Shown: positions 18,324 to 25,780 of the stretch, one piece after another | How the letters are laid out: every line of letters starts with the position of its first letter | Position numbering within the stretch: position 1 is the first letter of the stretch | NCBI RefSeq assembly: GCF_001545095.1 | Contig: NZ_CP013213.1 | Span: 420,001 to 452,000, forward strand | DNA from: Erysipelothrix larvae | GTDB taxonomy: Bacteria; Bacillota_I; Bacilli_A; Erysipelotrichales; Erysipelotrichaceae | Length of the DNA stretch: 32,000 nt | Reading direction: 5' to 3' | Program-made: the position numbers and the translations under genes | The notes under the pieces: model-generated | Databases searched by the model: none | Told to the model about the DNA's origin: nothing | What the model saw: the letters and a program-made list of their open reading frames with translations, nothing else

Positions 18324-19127
18324 ATGAAACAGGTGATGAATATTGACCAACTCAATGCCATTCACATGAACTATGAAGCAAAACTCACACGGAAGCACAT
18401 CGCAAAGATGCTGATATTCCCCACACTGTATGTCCCAACTTTATTATTCACAATCTTCTTAAGGTGGTGGTTAATCCCAATTGGGTTACTTGCAGGATTA
18501 GTGTATGGGGGATTGGTGATGTTGCCTTTAATCATCACAGCAAACTACCAAAACAGAGCATTTAAAGAACGCAATCGATTTGTCAATAACTTAGCACAAA
18601 GCTTACATCGAAAAAATATCACGATCTTGGATGCACTGCGTGAAGTCTCAACCCATCGTTTAAAGGGAGAGTTAAAAAATGATGTGGATGTCTTGGCGTA
18701 TCATGTCGCCATACACGATACCAAAACACGTAAAAATGCGTATCAAGCGTTGATTCAGAAATATGAACACGATCGACTCTTTGTGCAATTTATTGAACAT
18801 GTAATAACGGTAGACTTGAACGGACTTGATTCACTACAACCCTTGAATGAAACAGCACAATCACACGACAAAGCTCTGTTATGGCAAGAACACTTTATTG
18901 ATTCAAAGAAGCAATCGCTCATTTATTTTATCACCAATAATGTACTGGCGTTTTGCTTGTGTGTGGCTGTTATTTGGCTGACGTGGGATAACTACATAGA
19001 ATGGTTTGTGAAAACACCAGTTGGGTGGGTGTTTGGCTCACTTTATCTTTGTTTGACCTTCTTTTATAACCATCGCTTTGTTGTTGATTACTTTGATGAA
19101 TCAATCATGGAGGTGAAGGTCAAGTGA
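18324..19127 (+). CDS. TadB-like inner-membrane platform protein (T2SSF-like topology)
   Basis: The ATG at 18324 is preceded by GAGGTG. Two N-terminal TM helices are followed by a ~130-aa helical cytoplasmic domain and two C-terminal TM helices. The gene lies directly downstream of the ATPase. The family call rests on topology and synteny, not on a motif match. Confidence 0.55.
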   Translation: MKQVMNIDQLNAIHMNYEAKLTRKHIAKMLIFPTLYVPTLLFTIFLRWWLIPIGLLAGLVYGGLVMLPLIITANYQNRAFKERNRFVNNLAQSLHRKNITILDALREVSTHRLKGELKNDVDVLAYHVAIHDTKTRKNAYQALIQKYEHDRLFVQFIEHVITVDLNGLDSLQPLNETAQSHDKALLWQEHFIDSKKQSLIYFITNNVLAFCLCVAVIWLTWDNYIEWFVKTPVGWVFGSLYLCLTFFYNHRFVVDYFDESIMEVKVK

Positions 19128-19861
19128 AACAATCGTTTGGGTTGTCGCTTTTACCCCAAGAGATCGTGCAAAAGAAACATGAAATGGGAACAACCTATCA
19201 TAAAATTGCATCGTGGAGTCTCAAAATGCACTGTGGTCTTGTGGGAATCTTAGTGTGTGCAGGATGGATCGCGGTTCAAACATCCATGAAAGGGGTCGCG
19301 TGTGGTCTTGTGTTATCAGTGGTATTATTGCGAGCCTTAATGCTCTTCAATGTGAGACAAGCGTACCAAGGGTTTCGAGACGCGCGCAATGTAGAGTTTC
19401 TCTATTTCTTCAGTCTTTTAGTTCCACACCTCTCACAAGCGGTTGGTGTAAAAACTGGATTGTATCGGATTCTCACAAAGCTTGAGATACGCCTTGAAGA
19501 TCAAAGCATCTTGAAACAAGGTGTGAATCGTTTGGTCATCCAGATGACCAATCACCCGGGAAATATTGAACCCTTCCTCGAGTTCGCCCGCCTTTGTTCA
19601 GGGACTGAACTTGCGGAAGATGTTGCGGTCGCGCTGTTTGACTTCCAACAAAACAGTGATGACCAAGAGGCCATAAATCGCCTTAAAGATAAAGTTAATA
19701 AAGCACTGGATAAGCGCATGGAGGATGTTGTAACGCGAAAGATATCACGATTCCGATGGTATTCATCGCGTGTGGTGATGTCAGTATTCGTCCTCATTCT
19801 TGGCATTTTAGGAACCTCCATTTGGGCAGAAATTATGCGTGCATTCAGTGTCATTAAATAG
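19124..19861 (+). CDS. TadC-like inner-membrane platform protein (T2SSF-like topology)
   Basis: The GTG start overlaps the upstream stop (GTGA), with GGAGG about 11 nt upstream. Two N-terminal TM helices are followed by a ~130-aa cytoplasmic domain and a C-terminal TM helix (VVMSVFVLILGILGTSIW). It is the second platform paralog, as in Tad loci. Confidence 0.55.
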   Translation: MKQSFGLSLLPQEIVQKKHEMGTTYHKIASWSLKMHCGLVGILVCAGWIAVQTSMKGVACGLVLSVVLLRALMLFNVRQAYQGFRDARNVEFLYFFSLLVPHLSQAVGVKTGLYRILTKLEIRLEDQSILKQGVNRLVIQMTNHPGNIEPFLEFARLCSGTELAEDVAVALFDFQQNSDDQEAINRLKDKVNKALDKRMEDVVTRKISRFRWYSSRVVMSVFVLILGILGTSIWAEIMRAFSVIK

Positions 19862-19871
19862 GAGGAACGCC

Positions 19872-20237
19872 ATGTTTAAAGCAGAAAAATCAGTCGTAGT
19901 TGATTTTCTTACGGTGTTTATATGGGGAATGATTACAATTTTTATGGTTGTATTTCTCATTGTGTTTAAACAAGTCTCCGACAATAATCACTTCAGTGCC
20001 TATGCCAGCAGTGTCATTTCACGCCATGGTGGCTTAACGCAAAAGGCTAAATCTGTCATTGACGCTTATAGTGAAAACCACTACAACGGTCGTTATTTTA
20101 TTGAAAGCGAGATTCAAGAGGCGCAACACTATGGAACACCGCTAACCTTTATCATCTCAAATAACACAAAGGTTTTGTATTTTGATATTCCCATACGCAT
20201 TCAGTTTAGTGGCTCTGCCACATCGAGGATTCGGTGA
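19872..20237 (+). CDS. Pseudopilin-like protein (121 aa; TadE/TadF-like size and topology) with N-terminal MFKAEK followed by a TM helix
   Basis: AGGAGG lies 8 nt upstream of the ATG at 19872; the track start at 19839 is an in-frame GTG within the preceding gene. The N-terminus is MFKAEKSVVVDFLTVFIWGMITIFMVVFLIVF, followed by a ~85-aa beta-rich domain. Confidence 0.6.
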   Translation: MFKAEKSVVVDFLTVFIWGMITIFMVVFLIVFKQVSDNNHFSAYASSVISRHGGLTQKAKSVIDAYSENHYNGRYFIESEIQEAQHYGTPLTFIISNNTKVLYFDIPIRIQFSGSATSRIR

Positions 20238-20377
20238 TGTTTAATGCAGAGAAACAAACAGCCTATGAGCTGGTCATGATTTTGTATTATGTGGGAATCT
20301 TTATTACCGTGATTACAGTTGTATGGGGTTTGTTTGACCAAACCATCATGATTGAACACCCATATCACTTATTTTAA
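20237..20377 (+). CDS. Unlisted 46-aa mini-pilin-like membrane protein (MFNAEK followed by a TM helix)
   Basis: This ORF is not in the supplied track because it is under 60 aa. Its ATG overlaps the upstream TGA (TGATG). The translation is MFNAEKQTAYELVMILYYVGIFITVITVVWGLFDQTIMIEHPYHLF, with a TAA stop at 20375-20377. It shares the F-x-AEK-plus-TM pattern with both neighbours. Confidence 0.55.
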   Translation: MFNAEKQTAYELVMILYYVGIFITVITVVWGLFDQTIMIEHPYHLF

Positions 20378-20382
20378 AAAAC

Positions 20383-20619
20383 ATGAAAGGAACCAATAAC
20401 CAAATGAACAAACAAACAGTAAATCAAAAATCAAACGAAATGAAGGGATGTTTCTATGCAGAAAAAGAACAAACGAACACATTAGTTGGGATTATCTTTA
20501 TTCTCGCGATCGCAGTTGGAGTCGGAACTATTTTTCTCTCATCGTTTCCAAAAATTGGTGATCAAGTTATTGAAACAGTTGAACGCCAATTTAACCGCAT
20601 TGAATCAGGCAATGACTAA
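20383..20619 (+). CDS. Flp-like prepilin candidate (78 aa) with a polar N/Q/K-rich leader ending in Gly, then CFYAEK and a TM helix
   Basis: MKGTNNQMNKQTVNQKSNEMKG / CFYAEKEQTNTLVGIIFILAIAVGVGTIFLSSF... The pattern G-XXXX-E resembles the Flp processing motif G/XXXXEY. The predicted mature size of ~56 aa is typical of Flp pilins. An alternative start is the ATG at 20440 (MKGCFYAEK). Confidence 0.55.
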   Translation: MKGTNNQMNKQTVNQKSNEMKGCFYAEKEQTNTLVGIIFILAIAVGVGTIFLSSFPKIGDQVIETVERQFNRIESGND

Positions 20620-21166
20620 CAGTGTCGCTTTAAAACTCAAGAAACGCTTGAGTCAATTGGTTTCAAATCCACGGCTTATTGATGACTTTAATATCTGTGT
20701 GGATTTGATGGTAGATGAAGGGTGTACAGTCCTACACCTCTTTGAATTGTTTCATGAGTTTGGCCATTATTGTAAGTGTATTGAACGAAACGGAACTGTG
20801 ACTCTGATTCAAGTGTCGCAGTTCATCTTTCTATTTAAAGACGATGCAATCACCCTAAACATCACCACACAACAATCCCAATCCTTCATTCTATGCACAC
20901 TTCCATTTGATGATCACCTATTAGAAAATCTACGCGCAGTATGTTATGAAGGGATGGTGTTTAGTCAAGCATGTATTCTCTACTGTTTTCCTTCCCTAAA
21001 AGCATGGGTCTTTAATGTGGTAAATGCGCCAAAATGGCCCTTTTATCGAAAAGGCAGTGATGCATATCTGTATCACAAGGGATTAAAGACACTAAAAGAT
21101 GCCCATCATTTTAATACCAATGCGCACCGCGAAACACTTAAAATAAGAGGTATGGATGGGTTATGA
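20612..21166 (+). CDS. Soluble Cys/His-rich 184-aa protein with an HExxH motif (HEFGH), last gene of the Tad-like operon
   Basis: The ATG at 20612 overlaps the preceding gene by 8 nt; the track TTG start at 20486 would run through the pilin gene. HEFGHYCKC is encoded at 20753-20767 onward. No TM segment or signal peptide is present. Confidence 0.5.
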   Translation: MTNSVALKLKKRLSQLVSNPRLIDDFNICVDLMVDEGCTVLHLFELFHEFGHYCKCIERNGTVTLIQVSQFIFLFKDDAITLNITTQQSQSFILCTLPFDDHLLENLRAVCYEGMVFSQACILYCFPSLKAWVFNVVNAPKWPFYRKGSDAYLYHKGLKTLKDAHHFNTNAHRETLKIRGMDGL

Positions 21167-21192
21167 TTGGTGATTTATTCATCAACTAATAC

Positions 21193-21221
21193 TTCAATAA
21201 TGCGTGAGAAACACGTATAAT
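21193..21221 (+). promoter_or_regulatory. Sigma-A-type promoter candidate upstream of the pentapeptide-repeat gene
   Basis: TTCAAT (21193-21198), a 17-nt spacer, then a perfect TATAAT (21216-21221). It lies ~30 nt upstream of the start codon region. Confidence 0.45.
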
Positions 21222-21253
21222 AAGTCTAGAGAAAAAGAGAGACAGTGGTGGAT

Positions 21254-21847
21254 ATGATTGTAATAGAGAATGAAACAATTTATCAAAAAGAAGCGTTAGA
21301 AGATACACATTATCGAAATTGCGAGATTCGTTTTGAAGACACAGAACACTTTATTCGAAATGTTGTCTTCGAACGGTGTACCTTTATCTATGGTGACAAG
21401 CACAAATGGGACATCCGAGACTGTACCTTTAAAAATTGTGATTTATCATTGGGAGGGTTTGAAGACAGTTATTTAATGAATGTTACCTTTGATTATTGCA
21501 AGTTGATGAGTTTTAGTCTGCATCAATGTTACCTGCATAACCTTTTGATCTCGAATTCAATGGGTCAATATTTTGGAATATCAGATTCTAAAATACGCAG
21601 TGCAACGTTTAAAAGCACACCGTTTCACACCGCGTCTTTCATGCATTTAGATCATAAAAACATGACGTTTCATGAGTGTCGTTTGGATGAATGTAACTTT
21701 GAGGAGACCCGCTTGAAGGGAATTGACCTTCGAAGTTGTGAGTTCAGCTATATTTTATATTCACCCCACTTGGTCAAAGGATTGAAGATTCGTTCGGATC
21801 AGGCAATCATCTTCGCAATCCAAATGGGCTTGGAAGTGGATTACTAA
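21254..21847 (+). CDS. Pentapeptide-repeat protein (197 aa)
   Basis: A quasi-periodic 5-residue pattern with a central F/L/C runs through most of the protein (CEIRFEDTEHFIRNVVFERCTFIYGD...DCTFKNCDLSLGGFEDSYLMNVTFDYCKLMSFSLHQCYLHNL; ECRLDECNFEETRLKGIDLRSCEF). The start could be GTG at 21245 or ATG at 21254. Confidence 0.7.
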   Translation: MIVIENETIYQKEALEDTHYRNCEIRFEDTEHFIRNVVFERCTFIYGDKHKWDIRDCTFKNCDLSLGGFEDSYLMNVTFDYCKLMSFSLHQCYLHNLLISNSMGQYFGISDSKIRSATFKSTPFHTASFMHLDHKNMTFHECRLDECNFEETRLKGIDLRSCEFSYILYSPHLVKGLKIRSDQAIIFAIQMGLEVDY

Positions 21848-21928
21848 CGACGATATCAATAAAGGCGTTCACATAAAAATAAATGGTACTTCTATGGGTT
21901 TCGTGCTAGAATAACATAGGTGATAAAT

Positions 21929-22969
21929 ATGAATTCTTTATTAAATTATGATTATGATGAAATGATTTCTTTTATGGAATCAAACAATGAAAAACCGTAT
22001 CGTGCGAAGCAAGTCTTTGAGTGGTTATACCGTAAACGCGTGGATTCAATCGACGCAATGACCAACCTCAGTAAAGATCTACGTCAACGCTTGAAGGAAT
22101 CAACCTATGTTGATTCTTTAGAAATGGTTACCAAACAAGAATCGAGCGATGGAACCATTAAGTTTCTGTTTCGATGTGCAGATGGTGCGTTGATTGAAAC
22201 GGTACTCATGGTTTCTGACTATGGCTATTCTGTATGTGTGACTTCACAAGTAGGCTGTAACATGGGATGTAAGTTCTGTGCTTCGGGTTTATTGAAAAAA
22301 GAACGCAACTTAAGTGCTGCGGAAATGGTAACCCAAGTCCTGTATGTTCAACGTGAAATTGATGCTCGTGAAAAACGTGTCAGCCATATTGTGGTAATGG
22401 GGATTGGCGAACCGATGGATAATTATGATAATGTGATGCGTTTTATCCGTACGGTGAACCATGACTTAGGCCTTGGGATTGGAGCACGTCATATCACTGT
22501 ATCAACCTGTGGTGTTGTACCGATGATCAAAAAGTTTGCGCAGGAAAAGACACAAGTGAATCTTGCGATATCACTTCATGCACCAAACAATGAATTACGT
22601 TCAGAAATTATGCCAATCAACCAACGATTCCCTATTGAGAAATTAATGGAAAGTTTGCATTATTATCTTGACTTAAACCATCGAAGATTAACCTTCGAAT
22701 ACATCTTGTTGGATGGTGTGAATGACCAAGTAGAACATGCACTTCAACTATCTAAGTTAATCAAAGGGATGAATGCATATGTCAATTTAATTCCGTACAA
22801 TCCTGTTTCAGAACATGGGTATAAACGGACGCCCATGAATCAAGCCATGGATTTTCTTGATGTCTTGATGAAACATGGCATTCAAGCAACCATTCGTCAA
22901 GAAAAAGGAACGAATATTGACGCTGCATGTGGGCAATTGCGCGCGAATAATCTTAAAAAAGCATCATAA
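21929..22969 (+). CDS. rlmN: 23S rRNA/tRNA (adenine-C2)-methyltransferase RlmN, a radical SAM enzyme
   Basis: AGGTGA RBS lies 5 nt before the ATG at 21929. The N-terminal motif PYRAKQVFEWLY is present. The radical-SAM cluster is GCNMGCKFCASG. The motifs MGIGEP, ISLHA, EY(I/V)LL.GVND and a C-terminal AACGQL with the second catalytic Cys are also present. Confidence 0.88.
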   Translation: MNSLLNYDYDEMISFMESNNEKPYRAKQVFEWLYRKRVDSIDAMTNLSKDLRQRLKESTYVDSLEMVTKQESSDGTIKFLFRCADGALIETVLMVSDYGYSVCVTSQVGCNMGCKFCASGLLKKERNLSAAEMVTQVLYVQREIDAREKRVSHIVVMGIGEPMDNYDNVMRFIRTVNHDLGLGIGARHITVSTCGVVPMIKKFAQEKTQVNLAISLHAPNNELRSEIMPINQRFPIEKLMESLHYYLDLNHRRLTFEYILLDGVNDQVEHALQLSKLIKGMNAYVNLIPYNPVSEHGYKRTPMNQAMDFLDVLMKHGIQATIRQEKGTNIDAACGQLRANNLKKAS

Positions 22970-23053
22970 ATAATTTATATTTTAATAAGATATTATCCCA
23001 ATAAAATATAAAATGCTTTTTAAATATAAAAGTTTTTTAGGGGAGGATGTACA

Positions 23054-23875
23054 GTGAGAAATCTTAACAATTATCATTGGCATGAGTTTTTGAATCTTAT
23101 CATTCCATTGTCAAATCGCGTTCACTTATCATCGTATGTTTCATTTAATCCGGTTAATGAATGTGAAGCAAAGCGCGTTCAAGAAATTCAGAGATCGTCA
23201 CTGTTGAAAAGTTTGGACGAATTACAAAATGTTGAGTCACATCCAAACCTTTGGCGATGGTATAAAGACAGCCCTGAAGCACTTGAACAGGATATACAAT
23301 TTCTTATGGATGAATTGAATGAATTGAATGATTCCTGTATGTCTGTAGTTAAGGACTTTTCAATTCACGATGTATTCAAAGAAACTGTTTTCGAAGATGC
23401 TTTGATTGATCATCGCATTGAACAAAACAACTATGTGAGTGAAAATCCAGTCTTTAGAAATTGTGTGTTTAATCTGGATGAATCGGTGATTGCAGATCTT
23501 TATTCCATGGACAATCCGTATGAAAGCATTGACATCAAAGGATGCGTGTTTGAAGACCCTGCATTTTTTATGAATGATACGTGTATTGCGGCAATTTGCT
23601 CGCATGAAGGGTACACAAATTTTATGCTTGAAGACGACGTTGTTTTAGCTCATTTAGCTCCAGATGGACACGATGATAATCCTGTAGAATTTGTAACGTT
23701 TTCTTTGCCCGATGATATGATGGAACTGCTTGTGGAAAAGAGTTTCAGCCAAACGTGGTCTGATCAAGAACAGTTAGAATTCGTGCTTGAACATGGAACA
23801 ATATGTGAGGATGGTTCAGGGAGTATCGCAATCCATATTGATGATTATAATGCACTTAATAAAAGTGAAAAATAG
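23054..23875 (+). CDS. Hypothetical acidic cytoplasmic protein (273 aa)
   Basis: A GTG start is preceded by GGGGAGGA. The protein is D/E-rich, with no TM segment or signal peptide. No domain was recognised. Confidence 0.5.
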   Translation: MRNLNNYHWHEFLNLIIPLSNRVHLSSYVSFNPVNECEAKRVQEIQRSSLLKSLDELQNVESHPNLWRWYKDSPEALEQDIQFLMDELNELNDSCMSVVKDFSIHDVFKETVFEDALIDHRIEQNNYVSENPVFRNCVFNLDESVIADLYSMDNPYESIDIKGCVFEDPAFFMNDTCIAAICSHEGYTNFMLEDDVVLAHLAPDGHDDNPVEFVTFSLPDDMMELLVEKSFSQTWSDQEQLEFVLEHGTICEDGSGSIAIHIDDYNALNKSEK

Positions 23876-23903
23876 CCTTTAAACAAAGGGTTTATGACAT
23901 ATT

Positions 23904-23929
23904 AAAAGCAACTCAATTGAGTTGCTTTT
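23904..23929. terminator. Bidirectional intrinsic terminator
   Basis: The perfect palindrome aaaagcaactc-aatt-gagttgctttt lies between the convergent stops at 23875 (+) and 23934 (-). Confidence 0.75.
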
Positions 23930-23933
23930 CAAG

Positions 23934-24758
23934 TTAATCTAAGGTGATTAGATTCAATATTTCAATCACCCATTGGCACAATGTTAAGCTTGCTTGGTTT
24001 GCGATTTGCACAACCTCTTGATGAGAATGTTTACCATCACGAAGCCCTGTTGCCATATTGGTGATAACTGAGATTCCTAAGGTTTTTATACCCAGATAAT
24101 TGGAGACAATTGTTTCAGGAACAGTCGACATTCCAATAGCGTCTGCGCCTAAACTTGCATACATCTTTATTTCTGCACGAGTTTCATAATATGGCCCTTG
24201 GAAAAAGGCGTAAACACCTTCTTTGTAGTCTATATTGAGTGCATGTGCGACATCCCGCGCATGCTGTCTAAAGGTTGAATTATAAGGGTCGCTCATATCT
24301 GGAAAACGTGGTCCAAAACGGTCATCGTTTGTGCCATGAAGCGGATTTGTGGAAACGCCATTAATGAAATCATCAATGAGCATCAAGTCACCGGGTTTAA
24401 GATTGGTATTAATCCCACCGCATGCATTTGTGACAATAAGATGTGTAACACCCAGTTGTCTCATGATGAAAATAGGGTACGTAACTTCTTTCATTTCAAA
24501 GCCTTCATAGAAATGGAAACGGCCTTGCATAATCATGAGGTTATAGTTTCCCAGTGCGCCAAATACGAGATTCCCTGCATGTCCCTCAAGCTGTGATTTT
24601 GGGAAGCAAGGGATGGTTTCATATGGGATGACAGTAGGGTCTTTGATGTGGTCTACTAGACTTCCCAAACCACTTCCTAAAATGATACCAACAGTTGGTT
24701 TTATTTTGATTTTTTCTTGAATATAGTGTACAGAATCCTGCACTTGATTATAGAACAT
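23934..24758 (-). CDS. punA: Purine nucleoside phosphorylase, trimeric PNP-I (inosine/guanosine) type
   Basis: The motifs IILGSGLG, GHAGNLVFG, MQGRFHFYEG, VTNACGG, GPRFPDMSDPY, GPYYETRAE, GADAIGMSTVPE and ITNMATG are present. AGGAGG lies upstream of the ATG at 24758; the track start at 24776 includes the RBS. Confidence 0.85.
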   Translation of the reverse strand: MFYNQVQDSVHYIQEKIKIKPTVGIILGSGLGSLVDHIKDPTVIPYETIPCFPKSQLEGHAGNLVFGALGNYNLMIMQGRFHFYEGFEMKEVTYPIFIMRQLGVTHLIVTNACGGINTNLKPGDLMLIDDFINGVSTNPLHGTNDDRFGPRFPDMSDPYNSTFRQHARDVAHALNIDYKEGVYAFFQGPYYETRAEIKMYASLGADAIGMSTVPETIVSNYLGIKTLGISVITNMATGLRDGKHSHQEVVQIANQASLTLCQWVIEILNLITLD

Positions 24759-24991
24759 ATTTTTTCCTCCTAGCACAATTATACTGTATAAAACGATTAA
24801 GGTATAGACGTTTTGTATGGGTTATATCGACGATTTTTAACTATATTTTTTTAAAAGTGAGCTCAAGAATAGCCTTTGTTGTGTTCATAATTTATGATTT
24901 TAAAAATGGGTTCCATTTTCATTTTTTTTATAAGAGTCCTTGATTTACGTGATTAATTTTGCAAGAATATAAACATTAAGAGGGAATAATT

Positions 24992-25780
24992 ATGGAAAAT
25001 ACGTTAAACTATTCTTCAATATCAAGGCATTCACTGATTGAGGGGACTGTTGATTGTGATCATATTCTAAATGTGTATGGTAAAGTATATGGGAATATTT
25101 TTTCCAAAAAACTTGTGCTGAATAATGCAATTGTCTATGGTGATATCAATGTTGAAGAGAACATAGAAATTATTAACAGTCATGTTTATGGCAGCATTAC
25201 CGCTAAAACTGTGACTTTTTCAGGTGTTTGTAGTGGCGATATTCATGCATCGCGTTTGGAATTCTTAGAAGATATGTGTTTAGTATATGGAAATATCTTT
25301 GTGGATTCTTGGCGTGTTCGACCTGATACAAAGCTGCGATTAAAGGGGAAACTTGCGGTTAGTGGAATTGTGAGACATTTTGCTTGGGATCAAGACGTTT
25401 TGTCAAAGGATACATTGGGTCGCGATAAGTCCATTGGAACACGTGTTAAAGAAACCGTTCAAGACATTGCGATCACGATATTAAACGATCGTGAGGAAGT
25501 GCAAGATGTTTCAAAACCAATCTTAACTGAAGCTAAAGAAGTAGAAGCGATTGCAGTTGAACCTGTATTGGAAGTGGATATCACAACACTTCAAAAGGAA
25601 ATCATGCGCGATGTGTCGGCTGCACTGGATCATGCAGATGCACTTGAAGAAAAAGCAGCATCAAACGATCCTGCTTTAAGTGATAAGAAACGGTATAATT
25701 TCTTGTCTAATCTTGCGATTGTACTCATTATCTTGATTACAGCGCTCTTATTGTACCTTGTATCACAAGGAATCATTTAG
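24992..25780 (+). CDS. Bactofilin-like (polymer-forming cytoskeletal, DUF583-type) protein with an acidic linker and a C-terminal TM tail anchor
   Basis: AAGAGGG RBS. The repetitive beta-helix-like pattern G.V.....L.V.G.V.G.I......L......V.GDI is present (GTVDCDHILNVYGKVYGNIFSKKLVLNNAIVYGDINVEENIEIINSHVYGSITAKTVTFSGVCSGDIHA). The C-terminus is a strongly hydrophobic segment, LSNLAIVLIILITALLLYLV. Confidence 0.65.
   Translation: MENTLNYSSISRHSLIEGTVDCDHILNVYGKVYGNIFSKKLVLNNAIVYGDINVEENIEIINSHVYGSITAKTVTFSGVCSGDIHASRLEFLEDMCLVYGNIFVDSWRVRPDTKLRLKGKLAVSGIVRHFAWDQDVLSKDTLGRDKSIGTRVKETVQDIAITILNDREEVQDVSKPILTEAKEVEAIAVEPVLEVDITTLQKEIMRDVSAALDHADALEEKAASNDPALSDKKRYNFLSNLAIVLIILITALLLYLVSQGII

Noticed and set aside
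20486-20611. A TTG start extending the HExxH protein ORF by 42 codons through the Flp-like gene
   Set aside because: It would overlap most of the pilin-like ORF in another frame. The ATG at 20612 gives the short overlap typical of the rest of the operon.
21929-22969. The possibility that the radical-SAM methyltransferase is the resistance gene cfr rather than rlmN
   Set aside because: The housekeeping neighbourhood (punA nearby), the absence of mobile-element genes and the overall motif pattern fit RlmN. Separating RlmN from Cfr properly needs a phylogeny or HMM comparison that I cannot run.
24759-24991. A purine riboswitch or attenuator upstream of punA
   Set aside because: Only a weak 6-bp hairpin (aaaacg...cgtttt) is present. 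I could not find the conserved purine-riboswitch core, and a covariance-model scan would be needed to be sure.
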